64,000 nucleotides of DNA from Trichinella spiralis (Eukaryota): assembly GCF_000181795.1 (NCBI RefSeq), contig NW_003526943.1, positions 5,945,806 to 6,009,805 on the forward strand. Reading direction: 5' to 3'. Below the pieces are notes generated by a model. That model saw only the letters and a program-made list of their open reading frames with translations. It searched no databases and had not been told where the DNA came from. Below, piece by piece: positions 11,855-24,730 of the stretch. The position numbers and the translations under genes are program-made. Position 1 is the first letter of the stretch. Every line of letters starts with the position of its first letter.

Positions 11855-12728
11855 TCAAACTACTGGTGACTGGGTGACATTTACGTTGTTAAGGATAGAG
11901 ATTTCAATCTGAAAAATAAATATTAATTGAAGAAATAATATAAAAAAACAAACCATTCTCAAGCCGCGTTCGGCAGGATCCGTGATAAACAGACCATGTG
12001 GAATGAATACTGTTTCATTCTGCTCACGCAGATAATCGGCGATAAATCGCAAATTCGAAAAAAACAAACAAAGTAATATAAATTTTAATCAAATCTTATA
12101 TTTTTACTTTACTGAACTGATATTCCATGCACAGATGTGAAAGATAGCAAGTAAAGCAGCCAATGATATTTTCAAAAAATGACTTCCATGTGAGTTTCTC
12201 CGCTTTTGCAAACATTTCATTCAGTGTTTGAATGCATTTCTCAAACAGCTGTTCATCAATCTAAACACATAACAAAAAAGAAATATCAAAAAGCAATTTA
12301 AATGAATATCTGCTGTACCAAACAATATTACTCTAGCAGACTACGTGGAAAATTCATAAAACAAATCTAGGCTTACTTGATTATTTATTTAATTACAGTT
12401 ATCAACTTTCGGTTTATAAATCATCAATTCAACATTCATTTTAAATAAAAATAACATCGAAATTTATGTTCCAGTAAAACAATCATTAATATGAATGACA
12501 TCATTTACATATTTACTCTGAATTAGAATTAAAAAATTAAGAAATTTCTGATTTAAGATTAATTTTTGATTACAAGCATAATTATCTTACACGACCCACA
12601 AGCTCTGGAGGTAACTTTGTTTGAAATCGAACCGCCATTCCACTAGAATAGTCACGATGTATAAATATTTTTTGGCACTTTTCCAACACAACAGACATAA
12701 TGCAATCGATATTTTCAGATTTTCTCAT
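11855..12728 (-). CDS. GOLGA7: Golgin A7 / GCP16 / ERF4 family (DHHC palmitoyltransferase cofactor)
   Basis: Four exons: KIFIHRDYSSGMAVRFQTKLPPELVGR | IDEQLFEKCIQTLNEMFAKAEKLTWKSFFENIIGCFTCYLSHLCMEYQFSK | NLRFIADYLREQNETVFIPHGLFITDPAERGLRM | IEISILNN. These align along their length with GOLGA7 (FIQRDYS...FQTKFP...TDPIERGLRVIEI). The start is ATG 12728 or the in-frame ATG 12698. Confidence 0.92.
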
Positions 12729-13540
12729 TACTAACGAAGAAAGTCCATTTCTCCATTTCAATACTGCACTATTAATTTATTACATAATGAGGTTGAATAC
12801 TATACTATTAAATTTGACTACCATAATTGATGTGCAAGTTTTATTACAGCATAATATTTTTTTAATGTTTTTCTTATAAAATATTGCTTTATATCATTTT
12901 TGAATTACTGTAACTATTATTACTATTATATATTATATAATACTAAAAATGATTTGTTTTCTCAATTCTGACACAATTATAATTTTTCAACCCTTTCGTT
13001 GGCAAATTTATTTTATACGCAAGTTCCTCATTTAAAGTTTTATTCAGTGTTTCAAATAATGGAGTTTAAACATAATTTTTTAACAGTATACTTAATTATT
13101 GATTGTCCTTTAATACAAAGCCTATTATTCTTTGTATTTTCAAGGTTTATAAATTTTATTTTCAAAAATTTGACTCCATGCACAGTAAGAATAAAACCTT
13201 ACGTAATATATAATGCAACCATTCATGCTTCAAAAATTACTGACAGTAGCAATATTGCAAGCCAAAAACAGATACTTAAATTTTTTTTATTATTAAACAC
13301 TAGAAAGAAATGCCGGAAAATTAGATATAAATAAAAACTGAAAAATACACTCGCAAAAATTAATATTTCCTCAAAAATGTTTTCGTCTGTTGTATTGAAG
13401 AAACAAAAATAACGTAACACTATTTAAAAACATTAATTTAATTATAATAACCAGTGGTTGTAAATCAAAACAAATGAACGAATCGATTATGAAGAAGAAA
13501 GAAACAGAATTATTAAAAAGTGGAAATCGGCGTCAATTCG

Positions 13541-16500
13541 TCATCCATGAATGTCCAACCGAAAGTTTTCCTTTACCGGCACTTCTGGTTTACGGATGGT
13601 CAGCATCATTTTCTGATTGTCAAACACAAAATTCAATTTCTTTGGAACATAATCTGCAATACAGATATGTCGGGAAATTTTGCCTCATTTCATAACAAGT
13701 ATTCAAATATTACCCGCTCGAAAAACGTGCACATCAGTGGGATAAAATTGCAAACCAAGAATTACAATTTTTTCAATCCATGCATTCGTATTGTAATTTG
13801 CATTAGGGTGCATAGTGCTATAAGTTTCATATATCATTAAAAAATTCCTTCATTCAACAAACTTTAACATTAGAAAAACTTTTCTATAAAATAAACATAC
13901 TGATAACAAGAAACCAGCAGTTAACCTTACTATTAAAAGAAGAAAACATATTCACTACTTTAATAATTTATGACGATGCCATGATTTATTAAATATTTTT
14001 ATATTATTTAAAAAGAAAAGAAAACGTATATACGTGGACATTAGTGATCCACTTTTTTTGTCACCAGAGTATACAAAATATTGGTACAAATATTGACCAT
14101 TCTTGTATTCATATGAGTCACCGTCGTCAAGATAAAGCGTACCATTTGCAAAAGTGCCCTAAAAATACATTAAACAAACATTATGCTAAATATGCCAAAA
14201 GTGAATTTCAAGCTTCGCTAAAAGTTTATGAAAACTACCCTCATAACACCACACTTACATCTTTATTTAATGCCATGATAAGAGTAAAAGGATCCTGATG
14301 AGACAAGCCTGATGATCTACGCATGCGTTCTTTAATAGGAACAATGCAACCACCACGTACAAATAATGGGATCTACAAAAATGAAATTAATTTATCAACG
14401 GTAATATTAAATTCAACTTGACAAACGGTAAAGCAAAAACAAAAATTGATAATAATGATCCAACACAGTATAAGGTAAAAATAAGGAATAAACCTTTTCT
14501 AATGGAGTAGCAACTTGCACTACACCCGGTCCAACAATAGGAATGTGGGTAAACCAATCGTACCATTCCTACATATACATACAGAGCCTCATGATAAATA
14601 TAATATTGACTGGTAGTACTTTGGCACTGGCAAATGATATACCGATTTTTCATCAGGCAAGTACACGTGAACTGAACTCTCACCAGGCTCTGTCACAGGT
14701 CTTGCCATTAAACATCGTCCTTAAATGGCAAAACAAAATAAAATTCATAATTCATCCGATAAACTTTGAACAGTTCCTCTACCAATCATAAACTGCTTCT
14801 CTTCATTAAAAAGAGCTGTATCGGTTGGAAATTCAGTCCACATCGGTCGTACAATTGGCCAACCGTTTTTGGTATGCTCATAACATCCTGTATACCTGAA
14901 CAAAAAAAATAAACTATGAAAAGAATGCATTAACATGTACTCGTACATTTTCAGTATTTTTAAAAATTTTACAGTTTAAATAATACACCTGCACTAAATT
15001 TAAATTTATATAAAATATTTTAATTTTGCTTTTATTTTCACTTTCCAACTTGTTCACCTGTACAAGCTATATACTGCCAAAAATAAAAACTTAAAAATTT
15101 ATACCAATATGGTAAAAGTGAATATCGCAAACGGACAATATCTCGAAGCAGGGCTTTTGTTTGCTCAGAAAAAAACCATGGCTCTCGTCGTCGCGTGTTC
15201 AATTCGGAATGAACACGAAAAAATGAATGGAATATGCCCACCTAAGTAAGCAAAAAAATTTTTTTGAAATAACATTTCCATGGAGGAGAACATCAACTAA
15301 CCTGATACCAGCGTACAATTAATTCTTCATCAGGATTGCCAAAAAAACCACCAATATCTGCACCGGTGAAAGGAAACCCTGCAATTCCCAATGACAATAC
15401 CATTGGATTGGATATTCGCAAATGAGACCACTGTGCAGCGTTATCACCAGTCCATACATTCGCTTAATAATAATAAAAATAATAATAATTTAAACAACAC
15501 ATTTAAATAACAACGGATAAAATTACCGTAGCGTTGACTTCCAATAAAAAATGATCGAGTTAACACAAATGGCCTCTTCTTTCCATTGCTACGTTGGTAC
15601 AGACCATCAAAAGTAGACATGTGCTTAAAATAAAATAAAGAATCGTTCAAAAAGTATAATATTAAGAAATTTGATAATTTCTTACGTGAAACAAGCCGTA
15701 TACATTATGCACTTCGCGATGTTCTAAGCCACCAAAATGAATATTGTCCCTTGGCATAGAAACCTCCGGACCGCTGAATACAGATGGCTCGTTCATATCA
15801 TTCCAAACGTACAAATCTTCCGTAGAACCTTTATATTCAGAAAACTGATATTTATTTGCATACCATTTTCGTACTTCTGGATTTAAAAAATCCAAATATA
15901 CAGCTGCACCTGAAACAATTTTATTACGTTTTATCAGAATTCAGAAAGAAAACAAGCAAGAAAAAATGATGAAATCGTGTTATATTCCTTACCTGGCCAA
16001 CACCAACCTTCATACACTCGATTATTGACATCTTTCACATAATAATCTTTTTCTAAGGCTTCTTGGTAAAGCTTAAATATTTCAAGTCTGAATGAATGTT
16101 TACTCTATTCAAAATATTTCTAGCTCACCAAATTTTAAATAAATTACGTAAATGATTTAATAATAGCATATGTAAATTACAGTCTTCGTTTAACATTTCT
16201 TTACATTTCCTGTCAGGAGTTGTTAATAAATAAATAACTTAAAACATAAAACGTAGTTCTATCGATATTGCTCATTAATAATTGATTGAGCTCTTTCAAA
16301 GCTACGACAATTACAGCTGAACAAATATCTTAAATTCTCCAAATTAAGAAAAATCCATAAAACTCAAAAAATATATAATATAATATAATATGCCATAAAC
16401 CTTTCAATTTCTTTTACTAAAAAGCTATTAATTTGCTATTACAAATAAATAATCGTATTAAATTTAAATAACATATACATACGTCCCAATTTTCGTCTTT

Positions 16501-19211
16501 TTTAATGTGTGGATCGACCACTGCAACCATCTTGCGCCCTTTAGCTGAAATATTGCGAATCATTTCAGCTGGATTGGAAAATTTAATCGGATCCCAAGTG
16601 AAATATCTAAAAGTTATATGCAAAATGCACAAAAGTACAACACAATCTTCCCATCAAATTCAACATTAAAATACCTCTTTCCATAAGTATGCTCAATATC
16701 TAACCATATAACATCATATGGGATATCGTGCAGATCGTATCCGGCGTCAGTTTGTCTCACGTCGTTCATATCAATGAAATTCCACCGTGAAACGTGTTTA
16801 CCCAAAGCAAAATACTATAGAAGTATAAATTAAAAAATTGATTATGAAATTAATCAGTAAACCATATTTTACTGGTGGTAGTGGATTAACACCGGTAAGT
16901 GTACTGTATTGACGGAAAATATCGTCTGGCTTTGGACCAAAAAGAAAAAAAATATCCACTGAACCTGTTTCAAACATCCAATGTGTTTTTGCAACTGGCA
17001 GTTTATCGTTAGCAAAAAAACGGCTGAAGAGATTTTTTAACAAACTCTAAAATAGAAATGAAAATTAATAACATAACATTAGCTGAAGGAACGTACAGAA
17101 TCGTCCGGTTCATAGCTGACATCGAACCAACCTTCGGCCGAATTTAGCCAAAAAGCACCGACCGTAGCTTTCGCACTTAAAATTCACATAGTCTGCATAT
17201 TTCAAAAGAACACATCCAATGAAATATACCTATGAGCAATCATATACGGAGCTGCACCATAAAGTGCCATAGGAGAGTCAACTTCATATTGAAAAACATC
17301 CAAGTTATACAGTCGATACGGATCAGTTTGACTAAACGAAATTAATGTTAAATAATTAAGTGAAAATAAAATCATTTAATATTTCTACTTTGTATCTCGC
17401 AATACAAGACTGTCTGCATGTTCTGGTAAACCAAAAACATGACGAAATCCAATGAAACTTATATCCGCAGCCACAGAACTCGGGCCTAAGTATTTTCAAA
17501 GTCAATTTCGCGTGCTACGCATCGTTCGCTTTACCGTATGGTTTGCTGTCGGTAAAAGTGTGAAAATGTTCTGTCCACAAACCATCGGTATCTTCTTCTT
17601 CTTCGTGGGCATTTTGTTCAACCCCACCACCTTCTTCCAAAGGATGCTCGGCATCATTAATTGGATTTCCATCTCGATCATACGCGACACCTTGATTCTG
17701 TTCGTATTTCTTATTTTCAGATGCTTCATCTGCTGGATTTTGTTCGCTCTGCAACGGCTTCAACCATTTCAAAACAGAAGTTTGAACGTAATCGAAAAGA
17801 CGATTGAAAAGTGTCAACTAAAAATGGGCCCATCCAACGAAAAAACTCGTCAAACGTAATCATTTCAGCCCAGATATTTCGGAAAAGGAAATAAAAAAAG
17901 AATAAGAGAAACCGTTCAAATTGACAATTAATTGACAAGTGCTAAGAAATAATTAAAATAAATGAATAAAAATAATACCAACGTCGAAGAAAATATGCGA
18001 ATATGGCATGCAAATGCGTTGCATAATACATACATACATATATATATATATATATGATAATTAATTAAAGTCAGTAAAAATATGATAATTAATTAAAGTC
18101 AGTAAAAATTATATTCTATAATATAATATTTTTCATGCAAAATACAACAATTAGTAAAACATTAATTATAAAAAGACATACCGGTTTGGGTTCTGCATTA
18201 TCTTCCAATTCCCTATAAATAAAGAGCAACTGATTGTCGTATAGCATAACATGTAAACTTGTTGTTGAAGTACTTTGGTTTCTCCTTGAACGTTTCAAAA
18301 TTAAATCTTCCATCCCCATTGAAGCTCATAACTAAATTTTTATCCACAAACATATCCAACCGGAGTGGTTTGAACATCACTACCACTTCTTTGTTAGCCG
18401 CAACTTTCAGAACGGCCATATCGGAACCAATTTCTGTTGATATAAAGCTGAAACAGAAAAATAAAAGTTTTATTTTAAACCTTTCTCGTGCAAATAAATA
18501 ACAAATAAAAGTGAAAAAGTCGAATACTCTGACGTCACAGGTTCACCGTTCAAAGCTTGCAAAGGGCGGAACCTTTCACGAAGCGGTTCCTTTTCGTCAA
18601 TAATAAGACGAACAGCACCAACTTGAAGATTCTGCAATGTCATTTTCAACAAAGAACGACCCTTGCCACACTGAATTTCTGCATGAAATCCAGATCCTTA
18701 AATTCAATTCTTTTTAAATATAAAAAGCGTTTTCTATTTTTATGAAATTACCCGACACAGACACTGACTGGGGCAAAATACTGTATGGCGAAATAGTTGG
18801 CTTAAAATTTCTTTGGCGTCTGAAATATGCACACTTACAGGATATACCTTTCAAAATTAGGTTATTATTGGAGATTCATTTTTTAATTGAAAACGTATAA
18901 TATTAAATACTGGTGGAAGTCAAAATTACAATTGAAAGTTCCACAGAAAATAACAAACCGATAAAATTAACAAACACTTAAACGATACAATTTGTAAACT
19001 ATTTCCACCAGCATGAATTTAAAATATCATACATAGAAACAAAAAATATTTCGATAAGAGATATCTGCAACATTCAGGACGAACTGATCAAATAATTTAA
19101 AACTTGCCTACAAAATGAGCTCTGAGCGCAATTTTTAAATTTGCTTCGATCCACTGCCGCAACCTGGCAAAGCAAAGCAATGAAAATAAAAGTGGTTAGA
19201 AACAGCCGCAT
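13541..19211 (-). CDS. GANAB: Neutral alpha-glucosidase AB (glucosidase II alpha subunit, GH31)
   Basis: Signal peptide followed by [19 protein letters not shown] at 19211-18750. GH31 motifs include [35 protein letters not shown], catalytic [31 protein letters not shown] and RREPWFF. The C-terminus WIEKIVILG...LTIRKPEV...DIHG* stops at 13541. Confidence 0.96.
18053..18108. repeat. Perfect 28-bp tandem duplication in a GANAB intron
   Basis: tatgataattaattaaagtcagtaaaaa occurs at 18053-18080 and 18081-18108, next to a (TA)n tract. Confidence 0.9.
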
Positions 19212-20505
19212 TTCTGCCAAAAGTTAAAGCTGACAGACCAGCGTAATAGACGATACCAACAACCTAAAAGAAACATCGTTAAAAACATTCTATTATGCGA
19301 ATATACTTGATGTAAATTTAAAAACTACTGAAAAAAATAATAAATTAACTTGTTCAAAGATGAAAAATTCAATCTGAAAATATATTAATAACTACAGAAA
19401 TGTAGCAGAGACGGACAAATTGAAAGCTTCAACATGCAACATCAACTGCTGAACCGAAGCATGTATAAAAGTAATAAAATATGAGCCAAGTACAAAAAAT
19501 CGAAAACTACAGACCACTTTTTTCTTTTAAATAAACACAATGTATTTTTGCTATATATATATATATTTATTTATTTATTTATATTTAAAATGGAATATAA
19601 CAAAACAAAACGAAACAAAAATTATAGATAAATTATGATCAAATCTTGAGCAAAAAATTGTTCAACTATTTAATTAAAATCTAATAAGAAAAATAAACAT
19701 AAATATTAAATTCGAAAAATTACAAAATTAGCGACCTTCGACCAGGTAAAGTCCAAGGCAACCAAATTACAATTACCATTAACTGATTGTCATGTTAATT
19801 TGAAATCAAAGATAATAAAATCGGTTACAAATTTGTCATACAATTTATAGAAAGAAGTCAATATTCACAAGATGTATTTTAAAAAATATTTGATGCCTCA
19901 TTTGCTGTTTAACACCTCAATTACATTAATCACTAGTATATCATTGAAAATGCACAATTTTAGTAATATAAACTGCAATTTTATATAAAAAATGCGAAAA
20001 CTAAACAGTCCGTAATAAAGAAAAATTTTAAATAAATATTATGAATTTCATTCGGATTCGTTGATTTTAAATTATCTCACCAGTTTTATAGTTTATGCAG
20101 ATTATTTCATTTTATTTGAATAATAAAAACGTATAAATCAGAATATCATAAAATTATTATGAATAGATGTACATATATTGTAAATATAGTTTTACATGAA
20201 TTAAGTGAGTTGCCAGTATTTACAGTAAATGGCAATCACGGTCTTACATACAGTAATCACATTTATTTGTTAATTTTGTTGGGTTATCTGTGATTTTAGT
20301 ATTACAGCACTTTTAGATAAAAATGAAACTATTTTCCACATAGCGTATAATAGTTTTCAGTGAAAAGTGACTTTACTGAAGAGAAAAAGTATTATCTGAT
20401 ACACAATTTTTGAAAAATAATTTATTAGAAAATTAAACGAGATTTTTATACAGCGCCTATTTCATTGCTTTAATGTTGACTTTTTTTAAATGACTGAATA
20501 GTAAC

Positions 20506-20887
20506 TGTTAGCGGAAAAATCGTTGTCGCTTGAAAGCTAGTGGACTGTAGTTTTTATTCGGCGGCAGATCAATCAACTATGATTATCTAGCCGCAATCCG
20601 AGCTATGTTCGTTTCCGAACGTGACAAAAAGCAAGACAAATAGGTGTAAACAGGCTTTTACTAAGCAAAGATGGAGTCTTAGAAACGGGACCAACGGTGT
20701 AGTGAGAAACCACAACACAAACAATAAATAACAACAAACACGCCCACGCAATACAGAACACAACAACACGCTACGATTCCCACGCAACTAGTTTTTTCTC
20801 TCCGTCTATGACGTCATTCTACCGTAACCCACCGTAGCCCGCGCTCAAGTACAGGCCACCAGATTCATTGTAGAATAATTTCCAACA
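20506..20887 (-). mobile_element. Solo LTR (BEL/Pao-like), inverted copy of the family at 21750-22152
   Basis: Termini are TGTT...AACA and the flanks gtaac/ataac form a 4/5 TSD match. The reverse complement is clearly similar to 21750-22152 at both ends (tgttggaaattattc...; ctgccgccgaataaaaactacagtccactagc). Confidence 0.75.
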
Positions 20888-21083
20888 ATAACATTGGTTT
20901 GGATGTATTGTTTTCCACAATATTCTTCTTTTAATTTCAAATTAACGATTCTTTAATTGAGTTTTTTGAACGTTGTTTCATCGAAACAGTATTTTAATTA
21001 TTGAATATATTTATAAATAAAGTGCTATATTTCATTTTTACTGTCACTTTTGTTACTTAAGGTATGAATAAATGCTAACCCTA

Positions 21084-21493
21084 TGTAACGATTCGCCGAC
21101 GGGGGCCAGCAAATCAGCCTCGAGTTCCGCAGTACTTCGTCCAACGGGATTCGGCGCATTGCTCCTCTTGGTCCCACTCTCGCCTCTGCTCCATGACATT
21201 ACGTCAATACTGTTCGATCCGACCACGGCTCGCAACCACTGACTTCCACATCGGACCCATTCCTTCTCCTATATTTATAGGCAGACCCTCGTCGCAGGGG
21301 ATGGCGCCGGGGGTCGGACAGGGAAATTTGATTCGGTATTGTCTTGTTGACAGCCACCGCCCTGCGGCTTGTCTAGATAACATCGTTGGATGTTGTGGCT
21401 GGTGTGGTCCTTGATCTTTGTCTTCGGGGCTGTGGGGATTAGGCCCGCGGCTCTGCCTCCGCGTCGGCCGGATCCGGAACAAACAACGTCACA
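21084..21493 (-). mobile_element. GC-rich solo LTR (Gypsy-like)
   Basis: A sharp GC-rich block bounded by TGTAACG...CGTCACA. Flanks ccta/tcta are an imperfect 4-bp TSD. A TATA-like tataaatata lies on the minus strand near 21270-21279. No credible ORF. Confidence 0.6.
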
Positions 21494-21749
21494 TCTATTA
21501 CACTGCATTTCACTATTGCTACTTTCGAAAAGGACAGTTATGAATATAAATACTGAAAAATCAGATGAATAAAAAATAAAGAAGCTTTCAATAAAGATGA
21601 CATTAAGAAATGGAAAATGAATTGCCAAAATTTTGTTCTTTCCTGAAAATTGCATCAGCAATCACATTAATATTATCACTTTATATTTTTTGCTTATGGT
21701 TGGATGCATCTGTGACATTTTTTGGTTTATCTTATAAATTAAGGAAATG

Positions 21750-22152
21750 TGTTGGAATTTATTCCATTGCGAAGATTGTGGCTGTATCAAGTTGTGAAGC
21801 TTGTACCTGAATTCAGGATACGGTACCTTACGGTAGGTCGGCAGTTAAGTGACTGAGTTGGCATAGTGTGTGATCCGCAGAGTAGTGCCAGTGCGAAATG
21901 TTCTGTTTTGTGTTTATGCTTTTGTTTATTGTCTTTTCAGTTATCTCTGCACGTTTTCACTGTTCACTGTTTCACTGTTTTGAAACTTCGTTGGATAAAG
22001 TGTGTGATTCCACCGGTTTGTCCTGCTTTGTGTCACGTTCAGAAGCGAAGATGAGTCGGATTGCTGTTAGCTGATCATTGTTGATTTCACCTGCCACCGA
22101 ATAAAAATTACACTCCACTGGCTCGCCGGCAACAACGGTCGTGTCACCAGCA
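21750..22152 (+). mobile_element. Solo LTR (BEL/Pao-like)
   Basis: Starts TGTTGGAA and ends CCAGCA. A perfect 5-bp target-site duplication AAATG flanks it (21745-21749 and 22153-22157). An internal AATAAA lies near 22100. Confidence 0.82.
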
Positions 22153-22549
22153 AAATGAGTTAAAGTGAGTTATTTTAATATCGAAAATGAATTTGTTATA
22201 ATTGATAATTTGAAGTACGTGCGACGCGATAAATGCACAGATGATGCGATGAATACACATTTCGAGTAATATAAATTATAGGGAATACACGCATCCGCGA
22301 ATAGGTTGAATACCGTATACTGTGTGGTACCTGATAATAAAAGCTTGAACTGTAAGAACGTCAGAAGAGAGATATCTTAAGATGGTGATCGTTGTTGTGC
22401 GTGTGTGTTAGTGATTGTGTGTCCTCGTGTGCATCGTTGTGTCTGTTCTACTTAACGGGCATAAAAGTGAAGCGCAAGCGACGGAGAGTGTCGCAAATTG
22501 TGAACGTGGCGGGATAATGGTACTGTCTCTTGTTAACATCCTTTTCTTG

Positions 22550-23000
22550 TAGTGGTGACATATTAAAATGGTTTGAGAGCGCAGAAGTATGTTTCATGGT
22601 ATGTCGCCGTTTTCATGGAAAGCCGACCTATGGTGATACGATTTTATGCTGACAACACAATATTTATAATTTTAGGTCCACTCTGTCTGTCCTGAGATTG
22701 CGTGAATCGGACGACTCTACAGTTTGAGAGCATATGACATATTGTTATGTGAAGAACGGAAACACAACGAATTTTTGAGTTGGGTGCAGAGCGACGGCGA
22801 ACTATAGAAGAGTTTGCTCATCACCTGAAGACACTGCTGGCAAAAGTGTAACCCAGATGGTCACTGACATATTCTAACTGGCTGCAGCGGCAAAGATTTT
22901 AAGCTAGCCCGCGGACTTAAGTCGTAACCTGCAGGTTTTGAAGAGGCATGCGAGCAGCGGACGCGAAGGGGCACGTTGTCAAGGAAATTAATTAGATGGA
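22550..23000 (+). pseudogene. Degenerate Gypsy/Ty3 gag remnant
   Basis: Near 22781-22860 the sequence reads WVQSDGE/TIEEFAHHLKTLLAKV*P with a frameshift and a stop. This resembles the retrotransposon gag QxxxESxxEFxxxLxxL motif. Confidence 0.5.
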
Positions 23001-23341
23001 ATGGAAAACAAACTGCTTCCGAGTGGCATAAAACTCGGGATGTTAATGCATGTCCATTTTGGAAAAGCCGTTGAATGATTTCTCTGACATCTTATCAGTT
23101 TCCGATAATGATTTGCGGTGGACAAATGTGATCTGTCATACTACCCAATACCCCGCTTAGTACTGTTTCTAATTGGCGTATCAAGTGACTCATTTTTGCT
23201 TAGTTGCCAGCAACTCTCCTGTCACTTGACTTATCTGAAACATTCAATCAGTTAGTCATTCACGACGATTGGTATGGAATTTTTGTATTCTATTAGATTT
23301 TATATATTTTATCATATATTTTTAGTGCGTTCTTTCCATTA

Positions 23342-23965
23342 TTGCGGGATGATAGTGCGCAAGAAATGATAGAGAGCTCAAAAAAGCAAAGAAAGAGCAT
23401 TTTTCTGGATATGAAACTACAAGTATTACTTTTTTTGAAAGCTGGAGATTGGCAGGTCGACATGAATACTTTTCTTGATTTGGCAACGTCCACGATAAGA
23501 ACAATTATAAAAAATGTGGATGTGATAAAATTTTCAGCACCTACAACCTGGAATTTTTCAACAACAAAAGTAACTCGTTCAAGAACCCATTTGTTTGAGC
23601 AAGTGGAAAGAAGGCTTAGTGTTACGGTGACTGATCAAACGCGACGGTGCATGCCTCTTAGCCAGATGCTAATTATGAAGAAGGCAAAAAGCATCTTTTG
23701 TCATATCCAAAAAGAAACTGGAGATGATTCTGAAAAATTTATAGACAGCAGAGGTTGGTTTGGTAGATTTAAAAGGTGAACGAACCTTCATAACATACGT
23801 ATCAATGGTGAAGCAGCTGTAGTTCATATGTCAGGGCAGAACAGGAATTTCCTGAGGAAGATGTTCAGCAGTTATTAGAGTCTCACAGCGAGAGTCTTAG
23901 CAACGATGACCTTAAAGAGCTGGTAGAGCTATACACTCGTGGTGAACCAACAGTTGTTGATGAAG
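23342..23965 (+). mobile_element. Internally deleted pogo/Tigger (CENP-B-like) transposase remnant
   Basis: N-terminal HTH (RKSIFLDMKLQVL...LATSTIRTIIKN) and HTH_Tnp_Tc5 (EQVERRL...MPLSQMLIMKKAKSIF...SRGWFGRFKR*TNLHNIRINGEAA) are present. The sequence then jumps to a Tigger-like C-terminus (PEEDVQQLLESHSESLSNDDLKEL). The DDE core is absent. Confidence 0.85.
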
Positions 23966-24200
23966 TGGAGTTAAAGACGGATTCAAGTGCAAGAGATATG
24001 TTCGAAGAGAAATCAGTCATTGAATTTCAGCCCTTCATATGTGGTTCTTACCCAAAAGTAGCAGAAACAGCTATCCATGCGTTGTTTCCATTTGTGCCGA
24101 CGTACCGTTGTGAATCTGCTTTTTTAACCCCGTTGAAAATGAAAACGAAGCAGTGAAACAGATTGGAAGTTGAAAATGAATGGCCTGCGTTGTGTGTTTG
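23965..24200 (+). mobile_element. hAT (Buster/Charlie-like) C-terminal dimerisation-domain fragment
   Basis: YPKVAETAIHALFPFVPTYRCESAFLTPLKMKTKQ*NRLEVE matches the hAT motif YPxL...LLPFxTTYLCExxFS...KTKxRNRL and contains an in-frame stop. Confidence 0.75.
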
Positions 24201-24320
24201 TTGAAGTTGTGCCCTTTCAAGCACTCTTTAGCGAATCTGAGAATTAACAAAGAAGCATCAACTACAATTTTCGCATTAACTGCACCATTCATCAGGATGG
24301 ACTGAAATATTAATCAAAAT

Positions 24321-24568
24321 AGATTTGATTAATATTTCCATTTTTTGTACATGTACAAGCAAACCAGATATGACAGATCTTTCATGGAATTCACTGAATG
24401 TGGTCAGGCGATATGAAGAATCTGCCAACGAAAACACTTCTTTTCCAACGATTTGAAAGATTTGATTAATATCTCCATTTTTTGTGCATGTACAAGCAAA
24501 CCAGATATGACAGATCTTTCATGGAATTCATTAAATGTGAAATCAGGCGATTTGTAGAATCTGCCAAC
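24321..24568. repeat. Imperfect direct repeat, two ~110-bp copies
   Basis: agatttgattaatat(t/c)tccattttttgt(a/g)catgtacaagcaaaccagatatgacagatctttcatggaattca...tcaggcgat...agaatctgccaac occurs at 24321-24429 and 24458-24568. Confidence 0.9.
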
Positions 24569-24606
24569 AGAGAGCATCCTCACATACTGCAACAGATTCC
24601 GCACTG

Positions 24607-24730
24607 TGAGAAAGTTGGGCAATGGTGGATTCGATACCATTTCGTATTCTGAGCTAGTTGGGCAATGATAGATTCGGTTCCATTTTTGTATTATGAGAAA
24701 GTTGTGTAATGGTGGATTTGGTGCTATGTT
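24607..24730. repeat. Degenerate ~43-bp tandem repeat, about 3 units
   Basis: tgagaaagttgggcaatggtggattcgataccatttcgtattc / tgagctagttgggcaatgatagattcggttccatttttgtatta / tgagaaagttgtgtaatggtggatttggtgc. Confidence 0.75.

Noticed and set aside
21053..21661. Several overlapping ORFs in the GC-rich block
   Set aside because: They are better explained as chance ORFs inside a solo LTR.
24321..24730. Repeats superficially resembling a CRISPR array
   Set aside because: Eukaryotic context, only 2-3 degenerate units, no unique spacers of regular length and no cas genes.
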